64,000 nucleotides of DNA from an uncultured Actinomycetes bacterium. Its GTDB lineage: Bacteria; Actinomycetota; Acidimicrobiia; IMCC26256; DASPTH01. Positions 17,672-26,256 of this stretch are shown in pieces (positions within the stretch are counted from its first letter, which is position 1; each line of letters begins with the position of its first letter). The notes beneath the pieces were generated by a model. That model was not told where the DNA came from. It worked only from the letters and a program-made list of their open reading frames with translations, and made no database searches. The DNA lies in NCBI GenBank assembly GCA_963815405.1, contig CAWFGR010000006.1, forward strand, positions 82,350 to 146,349. Direction: 5' to 3'. Both the position numbers and the translations under genes were made by a program.

Positions 17672-17692
17672 TTCACGAACTTCCGCGACTGA
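17672..17692. repeat. Direct repeat copy 3: TTCACGAACTTCCGCGACTGA
   Basis: Encodes FTNFRD-stop with TGA. Marks the distal end of the degraded block. Confidence 0.75.
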
Positions 17693-17832
17693 GCGGGGCG
17701 CGCCGAGCGCTGCCGGAGCGAACGTTTGCCACCAGTTGATGTGGCGGACACCACCCCGTAACGCGGGCAATGCATCCTGGCGTCGGGACGGGTTGGAATT
17801 GTCGTGATGCCCTCAGCTGGGAGGACACGCCC

Positions 17833-19267
17833 ATGCCCGACCTCAGCCACCGTCCCACGCGGTATGCCGTAGCGGCCATCTCGATGGTCGTCTTCGCGAC
17901 CACGGCGGCATCAGCGGCCGACGTGCAGTTCGGCCGTGACTCCGCGCTGAACGCCGCGCAACAGCGGGCCGACAGGCTCGACCATCGGGTGCACTCGCTC
18001 CAAGGCGAGCTCGGCACCGCCCGTCAAACGCCTCGACCGGCGCTCAGCACCACGACGGCGGAGGCCAAGGCGAGCACCCCGAGCTGTGCCTCGTACCCAT
18101 ACCAGCAAGACGCCCAGGCTCAGCTCGAGGCCGATCCCGCAGGGTTCGCCGCACTCGACGGAGACCACGACGGCGTTGCGTGCGAGCAGTTGAAGTCACG
18201 AACGCAGATGTCCGCACCCGCCGCGCACGCAGCGACGTCTTCGGCCACCGCGCCCACCGAACACGCCGATCCGACGTCCGAGGCGCCGGCCGCGACGCCG
18301 CTATCGCCGACCGACGTACCCACCAAGGCGCAGATCCTGGCAAGCGGACACCACTTCGGGCTGATGACCTCCACCACGGAGGAGTTCGACTTCCTCGAGT
18401 ACAGCCTTGCGCGCGACGCAACGATGCAGGGCTACTTCAAGGGCTTCGACACGTCGTTCGATGCCCCCCGGGTCCGTGCGCTGTGGCAGCGAGGGGAGGT
18501 CCCTGTCATGACCTGGGAATCGCGCGCGCTGGCCACGACGGGCGACACGACCGACTACTCCCTCGGACGCATCATCGATGGCTCGTTCGATGCTTACCTC
18601 ACGCAGTACGCGGTGGGATGTCAAGGCGCTCGGGCTCCCGCTCGTGATCCGGTTCGACCACGAGATGAACGGCAACTGGTACCGATGGACGGAGTTCGAC
18701 AATCCATACGGCAACCAGCCCGGCGGCTACATCGAGGCGTGGCGCCATGTGCGCGACCTCTTCGCCCGCGAAGGCGCGAACGACCTGGTGATCTGGCTCT
18801 GGGCGCCCAACCGGGTCGACAACCTCGTGCGGTTCCCTTCGATCGACCACTACTTCCCTGGTGCCGACTACGTGGACTGGGTGGGGATGACGGGCTACTA
18901 CCGGGTGGGCGACGGAACGGCGACCTTCGCCGCCACCTACGACGCGACGCTCGCCGAGCTTCGCCGCGTCGCGCCTGGTGTGCCGATCCTGCTCGCAGAG
19001 GTGGGCGCGACGGAAGATGGAGGCCAGAAGGTCGCATGGACCCAGACCTTCCTTCCCGGCCTGGAGGCCAACCCCGACGTCGTCGGCTTCATCTGGTTCA
19101 ACTTTGCGGTCTCCGAAGACGGTCACACGAACGACTGGCGACTCAATTCCACGACCGCAGTCTTCGACACATTCCACGACGGGCTCGCTGCCTCCGGATA
19201 CGGACGTGAACGCGGCACACCAGCGGCGCTCGTCCCGCGCGAGACCGGCGGAACGGTCGCGCCATGA
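17833..19267 (+). CDS. Secreted GH26-like glycoside hydrolase with an Excalibur Ca-binding motif; frame break near 18615-18621
   Basis: ATG at 17833 after GGGAGG. Signal anchor YAVAAISMVVFATTAASA, then DGDHDGVACE. Catalytic part LPLVIRFDHEMNGNWYRW...WLWAPN...LLAEVG is in the next frame. Span is 3n+1. Confidence 0.65.
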
Positions 19268-20886
19268 GCAGGACCGAGGTCGCCCTCTCCAGGTTCGTCG
19301 ACGACCGACCGGTTCGTGGACGCCGAGCGGTCCTCGAGGCCACGATGCTCCCGATGCCCCCCAACGAGGACGAGAAGTACTGGTACATGGGCAAGCAGCA
19401 TCGATGGCTGCTGGTCCTCCAGTCGTGCACGCTTGCGCTGGTCATCTTCAGCATTGGCCGCTTCGCGTGGTCGCGGCCCCCGCTGTGGTGCTTCTTCGTC
19501 CCCGCCATGGTCTACATCCTGGCGATGGCCGTCTCCTTGGCGAGTGGCATGCGACGGAAGCGGACGAGCCGCATGGATCACGAGCTGCGCACGATGTCGT
19601 ACGAACCCGAGGAGTATCCGACGGTCGACGTCTTCCTCCCGACCGCCGGGGAGCCGCTGGAAGTGCTGGAGAACACGTATCGGTTCGTCAGTCGCCTCGA
19701 TTGGCCGGCTGCCGTCACGGTCTGGGTGTTCGACGACGCGGATCGTGAGGAGGTGCGAGGGCTCGCCGAGTCGCGCTCCTTCGAGTATCGCGTCCGCCCC
19801 AATCGCGGTCATCTGAAGAAGGCCGGCAACCTCCGCTTCGGATACGAGCAGAGCAGCTCGGAGTTCATCGTCGTGTTCGATGCGGACTTCGCGCCGCGCC
19901 ACGATTTCCTCCGCGAGTTGATGCCGTACTTCCTCGACGAGAGCACCGGCATCGTCCAGTCACCCCAGTTCTTCGACTCCCGCAAAGGCATGTCGTGGCT
20001 GCAACGATGCGCCGGCGCCACGCAAGAGCTGTTCTATCGCTGGATCCAGCCGGCGCGGGACCGTTCACGTGCCGCGATCTGCGTGGGGACGTGCGCCATC
20101 TACCGTCGCACGGCGCTCGAGCGCGCCGGCGGGTTCGCCCAGATCGGCCATTCCGAGGACGTCCACACCGGCGTGAAGGTCGCGAAGGCGGGGTTCCAGC
20201 TCCGATACGTGCCCATCCTCCTCGCCAAGGGCCTCTGCCCCGACACGCTCCTCGCGTTCGTGAACCAGCAGTACCGATGGTGCACCGGATCGATGTCCCT
20301 GCTCGCGGACGCGAGCTTCCACCGGCACCCCGCCTTCAGCTGGCGACAGCGCTGCTGCTATTGGTCGGGCTTCCTCTACTACATCACCACCGCGGTCAAC
20401 GTGTTCCTCGCACCACTCCCGGGCCTGCTCATGCTCTGGCTCTTCGCAGACGACATCCACCCGAGGAACACGGTGTGGCTGCTCGGTGCGATCATGCTGT
20501 GGTACTTCGTGCTGCCGACCGTGATGCGCGGGCACTGGCGGATGGACGTTCTCCGGGTGCAGCAGCTCTACTCCTTTGCGCACGCAATCGCGATCGTGCA
20601 CTTCCTGTCCGGTCGAACCCGCGAGTGGGTCGCAACCGGGAGTGTGGCAACGCGCTCGACGCCCCTCGCGGTGACGATCGCTCGCGTGATGCGGATCACG
20701 GCGGTCGTGACACAGGTCCTGCTATGGACGGGTCTCGTGTTGGCGACGCTCAGCTACGGCATTCACGAGACGTGGGCGATGCTGGGCTTCGGTCTGCTCG
20801 CGGCGTACGTCCAGATCCCGATGCTGCTCCTCCCCAACCGCGGTCGTCGTCGGCGCCGCCGCGCCACCGTCGTCGATCAGTCGTAG
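19264..20886 (+). CDS. Processive family-2 glycosyltransferase, BcsA/cellulose-synthase-like, no PilZ domain
   Basis: VDVFLPTAGEP, VFDDAD, VVFDADF, GHSEDVHTG, QQYRWCTG (QxxRW), multiple C-terminal TM helices. ATGA overlap with the hydrolase gene. Confidence 0.8.
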   Translation: MSRTEVALSRFVDDRPVRGRRAVLEATMLPMPPNEDEKYWYMGKQHRWLLVLQSCTLALVIFSIGRFAWSRPPLWCFFVPAMVYILAMAVSLASGMRRKRTSRMDHELRTMSYEPEEYPTVDVFLPTAGEPLEVLENTYRFVSRLDWPAAVTVWVFDDADREEVRGLAESRSFEYRVRPNRGHLKKAGNLRFGYEQSSSEFIVVFDADFAPRHDFLRELMPYFLDESTGIVQSPQFFDSRKGMSWLQRCAGATQELFYRWIQPARDRSRAAICVGTCAIYRRTALERAGGFAQIGHSEDVHTGVKVAKAGFQLRYVPILLAKGLCPDTLLAFVNQQYRWCTGSMSLLADASFHRHPAFSWRQRCCYWSGFLYYITTAVNVFLAPLPGLLMLWLFADDIHPRNTVWLLGAIMLWYFVLPTVMRGHWRMDVLRVQQLYSFAHAIAIVHFLSGRTREWVATGSVATRSTPLAVTIARVMRITAVVTQVLLWTGLVLATLSYGIHETWAMLGFGLLAAYVQIPMLLLPNRGRRRRRRATVVDQS

Positions 20887-21371
20887 TAGCCCGAGTGGTG
20901 GTACAGCGTCGGGATGCCTTCGGCTCGGAACATCTCGACGTTGCGCCGGTCGTCTTCGATCGCGAGCCGGACCTCGAAACCGAAGCGCCGCAGCTCGCGC
21001 ACCGCGCCGCGCTTGAACAGCCGGGCGAGCTCGTACGCGCCGGTCGGCCGCATGACCAACAGGTCCCATCGGATCTCGTATCGGTGGAGCCAGGCCTCGG
21101 TGAGCGGGTGCACGCGCGACGGCCTCGCGGTGAGCAGCACGACCTGCAGGCGCGCGTCGAGCAGGTCGAGGAGGACCTTCATCTCCTCGATGACCTCGTC
21201 GTCGCCGCACGCGTCGAAGAACGCCCGCCAGTCCTTCGTCGGCGCCTCCAGGTAGTGCTGACGCTCCGCCGCGTCAGAGAGGACACCGTCGAGGTCGACG
21301 ATGACGGAGGCCGCAGGGTCGACCGGCCCCACCCTCCAGGTCCAGTACTCGGACGCCGGCTCGGTGCTCAA
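20877..21371 (-). CDS. HAD-superfamily phosphatase-like protein
   Basis: VIVDLDGVLSD...VVLLTARP...LAIEDDRRNVEMF. 4-nt overlap with acs. Confidence 0.55.
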   Translation of the reverse strand: MSTEPASEYWTWRVGPVDPAASVIVDLDGVLSDAAERQHYLEAPTKDWRAFFDACGDDEVIEEMKVLLDLLDARLQVVLLTARPSRVHPLTEAWLHRYEIRWDLLVMRPTGAYELARLFKRGAVRELRRFGFEVRLAIEDDRRNVEMFRAEGIPTLYHHSGYYD

Positions 21372-23329
21372 TCCTCGTCGGACGTCGACGCCGCGAGGTA
21401 CCGCGTCTTGATCGACTCGACCACCGACGGGTCTGCAAGTGTCGTCGTGTCCCCGAACGCCTGGTCCTCCGCGACATCTCGCAGGAGCCGCCGCATGATC
21501 TTGCCGGAGCGGGTCTTCGGGAGATCCTCGGTGAAGAGGATCGACTTGGGCCGTGCGATCGGGCCGATGTGGTGCGCCACGTGCTCGCGAAGCTGGCCGA
21601 CCAGGGCGTCAGTGGGCTCGTTGCCCGCGCGGAGGATCACGAACGCCGAGATCGCCTGTCCCGTCGTCGCGTCCTTGGTGCCCACGACGGCGGCTTCGGC
21701 GACCGCCGGGTGGCCGACGAGCGAGTGCTCCACCTCGGCGGTCGAGATGTTGTGGCCCGAGACCAACATGACGTCGTCGACGCGCCCCAGGAGCCAGAAG
21801 TAACCCTCCTCGTCGCGCTTCGCGCCGTCGCCAGCGAAGTACGCGCCCTCGAAACGGCTCCAGTAGGTGTCCTCGAACCGCTGCGGGTCGCCCCAGATCC
21901 CGCGCAGCATCGACGGCCAGGGGCGGGTAAGGGTGAGGAAGCCACCACCCGGGATCGACACGGCGTTGCCGTCCTCGTCGACGACATCGGCGCCGATGCC
22001 CGGCAGAGGGAACGTCGCGCTGCCCGGCTTGAGCACCGTCGCCCCCGGCAGCGGGCTGATCATGATGGCGCCCGTCTCGGTCTGCCACCACGTGTCGACG
22101 ACCGGACAGCGCTCACCACCGATGTGCTGCCAGTACCACACCCAGGCCTCGGGGTTGATCGGCTCGCCCACCGACCCGAGGAGCCGCAGCGATGACAAGT
22201 CGCGACCGGCGGGGAATTGCGGACCCCACTTCATGAACGTGCGGATCGCGGTGGGGGCCAGATAGAGGATCGTGACCTGGTGCTTCTCGACGATCTCCCA
22301 GAGGCGATCCTTCTCCGGGTAGTCGGGTGATCCCTCGTACATGACGCTCGTCGCGCGGTTCGCGAGCGGGCCGTACACGATGTAGGAGTGGCCGGTCACC
22401 CAGCCGACGTCGGCCGCGCACCAGTAGATGTCCTGCTCGGCATCGAGGTCGAAGACGTTGCGGTGCGTCCACGCGACCTGCGTGAGGTACCCGCCGGTCG
22501 TGTGCATGATCCCCTTGGGCCGCGCCGTGGTTCCGCTCGTGTAGAGCAGGTAGAGCAGGTCCTCGGCGTCCATCGGCTGCGGCGGACATTCCGGCGACTG
22601 GCCGGGGACGAGATCATGCCACCAGACATCTCGTCCCTCGGTCATGGGCACGTCCTGGCCGGTGCGGCGCAGCACGAGCACCTTCTCGATCGTGGGGCAC
22701 TCCGCGACCGCCTCGTCGGCCGTCGTCTTGAGCGGCACCACGTTCCCGCGCCGCCACGCACCGTCGCCCGTGATGAGGACCTTGGCCCCCGCGTCCTGGA
22801 TCCGGTCACGCAGCGAGTCGGAAGAGAACCCGCCGAAGACAACGGAGTGAGCGGCGCCGATGCGCGCGCAGGCGAGGAGCGCCGTGGGGAGCTCCGGCAC
22901 CATGCCGAGATAGATGTTCACCCGGTCGCCCTTGCGCACACCGAGTGCCTTGAGCGCGTTCGCGAGACGACTGACGTCGGCAAGGAGCTCCGCGTACGTG
23001 ATCACCCGGGTGTCGCCGGGCTCGCCTTCCCAGTAGTACGCGACCTTGTCGCCCGCGCCTGCCGCGACATGGCGATCGAGGCAGTTGTACGCGACGTTGA
23101 GCTTGCCCCCGACGAACCATTTGGCGAACGGTCGATTCCACTCGAGGATGGTGTGCCAGTCCTCGTACCAGTCGAGCAGGTCGGCGGCTTGACGCGCCCA
23201 GAAGCCCTCGAAGTCGCGGTCCGCCTCGTCGTAGATGTCGCTGCCGACGATGCGTGCGTGCTGCTTGAAGCTCTCAGGCGGTGGGAACGTTCGACCTTCG
23301 GCGAGCAGCGACTCGATGGTGTCGGACAT
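21368..23329 (-). CDS. acs: Acetyl-CoA synthetase
   Basis: MSDTIESLLAEGRTFPPPESFKQHA...KWFVGGKLNVAYNCLDRHV...YTSGTTARPKG...LPKTRSGKIMRRLLRD. Confidence 0.93.
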   Translation of the reverse strand: MSDTIESLLAEGRTFPPPESFKQHARIVGSDIYDEADRDFEGFWARQAADLLDWYEDWHTILEWNRPFAKWFVGGKLNVAYNCLDRHVAAGAGDKVAYYWEGEPGDTRVITYAELLADVSRLANALKALGVRKGDRVNIYLGMVPELPTALLACARIGAAHSVVFGGFSSDSLRDRIQDAGAKVLITGDGAWRRGNVVPLKTTADEAVAECPTIEKVLVLRRTGQDVPMTEGRDVWWHDLVPGQSPECPPQPMDAEDLLYLLYTSGTTARPKGIMHTTGGYLTQVAWTHRNVFDLDAEQDIYWCAADVGWVTGHSYIVYGPLANRATSVMYEGSPDYPEKDRLWEIVEKHQVTILYLAPTAIRTFMKWGPQFPAGRDLSSLRLLGSVGEPINPEAWVWYWQHIGGERCPVVDTWWQTETGAIMISPLPGATVLKPGSATFPLPGIGADVVDEDGNAVSIPGGGFLTLTRPWPSMLRGIWGDPQRFEDTYWSRFEGAYFAGDGAKRDEEGYFWLLGRVDDVMLVSGHNISTAEVEHSLVGHPAVAEAAVVGTKDATTGQAISAFVILRAGNEPTDALVGQLREHVAHHIGPIARPKSILFTEDLPKTRSGKIMRRLLRDVAEDQAFGDTTTLADPSVVESIKTRYLAASTSDED

Positions 23330-23405
23330 GCCTGTTCCCCCTTGCGGACTCCGCGGCGCGGTCAGGCTATCCCGTCGTCTCGACGCTGCGGCAGGCGCAG
23401 CCCGG

Positions 23406-24524
23406 TCAGGGAACGTAGCGAGCGCTGGCCGCGATGGCGTCGACTGCCAACTTGTTCGCGTCGTGCTCGGCCCCGGGCTTTCCGATCGTGTCGATGTGGA
23501 GGACGAGTCCCGGCCCCCATTGGATCTCATAGAGGTAGAACCTGGTTCCAGCGGGAGAGAAACCGACTCCGTTGTATTCGCCTTCGAGCACCGTCGTTGC
23601 CCGACCGTCGATCGTGGTGCTTCTGGTCGAGATCCGCGCGACCGAAGTCTGTCCCGGCGGCGAAGACCAATCCCACGGCTGACCTGGGCTCACCGAGATC
23701 GGCACGGGCGCGTCGCTGTTCCGGATGACTAGAAAGGGCTGCGTCCCGAAGACACGGCAGCGGAAGTCGTCGCTCAGCTCGACGAAGGCGCCGTTCGGAA
23801 CGTCGATGCGGAAGTGACCAGGATCACTGGTGCACGACATCGGCCTCGACCGAGCAGCGGGGAGTCGCACGACCAGTTGACCCTGGGTGGGCTCGATCAG
23901 TTGGAAGGGACGACGCGCGTCGAGCCCGATGATCCACGTGAGCTCGCCTTCGAAGTCCTGAGTCCGGACGACCTCGAGAACCCCCGACGGGCTACCGGGA
24001 TGCAGATCGCGCCCGGGAGACGTCATGCCTGGCGTGAGTTCCGGGGTTCCCGCTGCATGCGAGAACTGGACTACGAGGAACGCGTTCCCTTCGACCGCGA
24101 CACGCTCCCCTCGCGGGCTGTCCGAGAACGGCCCCGCCTGGTATTCGGCCGTCCAGTCCGGCGTGCCACCCGAGAAGCTGAATCCGACCTCGTCGACACA
24201 GTCGCTCGCCTGCACCTGGACGTTGATGAGCACCGTCGAGTTCGGCGGGTTCGACAACTGTCCTGTGCCGTGCTGTCGATCCGTCGCTCCCGAAGGACTG
24301 CATGCGACCGCCGATGTCGTGGTCGGCGGCGCCGGCGTCGTGGGCACCGTCGCACCGGTGGCGGGCGTGGTCGCCGCCGTGGTCGGGGTTCCACCGGTCA
24401 CGCGCGAGTCCTGCTGGAGCACCGACCACACGAGCCAGCCGCCCACGCTGAGCAGCACGACCAGGCACGCGGCGACGGCTGCGAGAGGACGGCTTCGCCT
24501 CCACGGAGAGCCCTGGCGCAGCAC
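23406..24524 (-). CDS. Membrane-anchored Thr/Pro-rich extracytoplasmic protein, possible anti-sigma partner (N-terminus may begin at 24603 through a frame break)
   Basis: RSRPLAAVAACLVVLLSVGGWLVW TM segment, then a TTAATTPATGATVPTTPAPPTTT linker. MADLEEQIRKIAANREGQVRA-TGA lies just upstream, overlapping the sigma gene stop. Confidence 0.5.
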   Translation of the reverse strand: MLRQGSPWRRSRPLAAVAACLVVLLSVGGWLVWSVLQQDSRVTGGTPTTAATTPATGATVPTTPAPPTTTSAVACSPSGATDRQHGTGQLSNPPNSTVLINVQVQASDCVDEVGFSFSGGTPDWTAEYQAGPFSDSPRGERVAVEGNAFLVVQFSHAAGTPELTPGMTSPGRDLHPGSPSGVLEVVRTQDFEGELTWIIGLDARRPFQLIEPTQGQLVVRLPAARSRPMSCTSDPGHFRIDVPNGAFVELSDDFRCRVFGTQPFLVIRNSDAPVPISVSPGQPWDWSSPPGQTSVARISTRSTTIDGRATTVLEGEYNGVGFSPAGTRFYLYEIQWGPGLVLHIDTIGKPGAEHDANKLAVDAIAASARYVP

Positions 24525-24595
24525 ACGTGGCGGCTCGTCACGCGCGTACCTGGCCCTCGCGGTTCGCCGCGATCTTGCGGATCTGCTCCTCGAGA

Positions 24596-25090
24596 TCAGC
24601 CATGGCTCGCCACCCCCAAGTGCTCACGGAGACGGACCATCGCTCGAGCGATGTGAGTGCCCACGGTCGAGGGGGACACGTCGAGCGCGACCGCGGTCTC
24701 CCCATACGTCCACTCGCAGCCATGGACCAGCCAGACCGCCTGCGCTTGCGCAGGCGAGAGCTCCCGCAAGGCGTCGGGCAATCCCGGCTCGATATCAGGC
24801 ACCCGCGTGTCGCACGGCCATTCGAGCCAGCCCTGCCTGCGAGTGCGCGACTTCGACTGTCCCACTCGGAACAAGTACCCGGACGGGTTCTCCATGGCCA
24901 TGACTCGCTCCCGGTGTTCCCACGCGTAGGCGAACGCTTCCGCGAGGGCGTCGGCGACAGACTCGCGAGGGAGGTTCCCGGTGAGCGCGCGTCGGAGCCC
25001 GGGCTCGGTCCTGAGCACGAAGCTCTCGAAGTCGTCGTCGCGTTCCATGCCCTCGTCCTTCATAACCCGCCTGGGCGCGGTTCGCGCCAC
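24596..25090 (-). CDS. ECF-like sigma-70 family factor
   Basis: ...AEAFAYAWEHRERVMAMENPSGYLFRVG...LSPAQAQAVWLVHGCEWTYGETAVALDVSPSTVGTHIARAMVRLREHL. Confidence 0.75.
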   Translation of the reverse strand: MARTAPRRVMKDEGMERDDDFESFVLRTEPGLRRALTGNLPRESVADALAEAFAYAWEHRERVMAMENPSGYLFRVGQSKSRTRRQGWLEWPCDTRVPDIEPGLPDALRELSPAQAQAVWLVHGCEWTYGETAVALDVSPSTVGTHIARAMVRLREHLGVASHG

Positions 25091-25100
25091 ACGCCTCGGG

Positions 25101-26255
25101 TCAGCGGCGGAACACGAGCACGCGGTGAGCTCCGAGGCCGGCGGGATCGGTGAGCGCGGCAGCCTCGCTCACGCGGCTGCGATGGGTCACCGCCTCGAGG
25201 TCGCCGATGTGCGCGCGCGCCCGCCATCCCTCCCGAGCGGCAGCCGTCAGCTCCTCGAGCCCGAGCTCCTCCAACCACTCGGCTTGCGTGGCGTCGCGCA
25301 CCAGCTCCAAACCCGCGTGGCCGGCCACGCGGGTGAGGCCGTCCGAAGGGACGTCGGCGGTGATGTCGCACGCGCCCGGATCGTCGAGGGGTGAGGCTGC
25401 TCGCTCGTGGCTCCGGTAGGTCCGGAGCCACGACGTCATCTCGCGCTCGACGAGCTCCTCGGGCGTTGCCATGTAGTCGACGACGGCCAGGAAGCCGGCG
25501 TCCAGGAGCTGGGCGACCCGGCGCACCCACGCCTGCGCCGCGGCGGGCAGCGGGATGCGCGCGCCATCCGGGATCCGGGCTGCACCAGCCATGACATCGG
25601 CGGCGTGGCCGACCGCGGGCGCGGCGGGCAGGGTGAGCTCGACCAGCCGGTCACCCTCGATGCCCACCCGTACCTCGCGCCAGCCTTCGCCCGATCGTTC
25701 GACGATGCCGAACGGGAGGTTGTCGAGCAGCTCGTTGGCGAGCACCACACCGATGATCGGGAACGACGGCAGGTCCTCCAACGCGGTGACGATGGGGCCC
25801 GACCCGGGCACCGCCTCGGCCGCTTCGCCCGGAGCGCTCGGCAGCACCGGCCCGATCGCGTCCTCGAACGGCTCGACGTGGAGCAATTCACGCTGTGCCG
25901 CGCGGAGCGCGCCCGACCGCTCGACCAGGACGTAGCGCAGCGCATTCGCGCACGCCGGCTCCGCGTGGAGCACGTCCGCGGCGAGCCGGCCCCGGCCCGC
26001 TCCGGCCTCGACGACGAAGAAGGGATCGGGACGGTCGAGCTGGTCCCACCATCGGTCGAGCGCACGCGCGACAAGCGCTCCGAACAACGGCCCGACCTCC
26101 GGGCTGGTGACGAAGTCCGCACCGCTCCTCCCCGCGCCGCCGCCCTCGGTGAAGAAGCCGCCGTCGCCGTAGAGCGCGAGCTCCATGAACGCGTCGAATG
26201 CGATCGGACCCTCGCGCCGGATCAGCTCCCCGAGCCGCCCGGCGAGCGCGCTCAC
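25101..26255 (-). CDS. SAM-dependent methyltransferase, MidA/NDUFAF7 (DUF185) family
   Basis: GPIAFDAFMELALYGDGGFF...DFVTSPEVGPLFGALVA...FVVEAGAGRGRLAADVL...ANELLDNLPF...DYM. GTG start 1 nt after the nuoN stop. Confidence 0.75.
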   Translation of the reverse strand: MSALAGRLGELIRREGPIAFDAFMELALYGDGGFFTEGGGAGRSGADFVTSPEVGPLFGALVARALDRWWDQLDRPDPFFVVEAGAGRGRLAADVLHAEPACANALRYVLVERSGALRAAQRELLHVEPFEDAIGPVLPSAPGEAAEAVPGSGPIVTALEDLPSFPIIGVVLANELLDNLPFGIVERSGEGWREVRVGIEGDRLVELTLPAAPAVGHAADVMAGAARIPDGARIPLPAAAQAWVRRVAQLLDAGFLAVVDYMATPEELVEREMTSWLRTYRSHERAASPLDDPGACDITADVPSDGLTRVAGHAGLELVRDATQAEWLEELGLEELTAAAREGWRARAHIGDLEAVTHRSRVSEAAALTDPAGLGAHRVLVFRR

Positions 26256-26256
26256 C

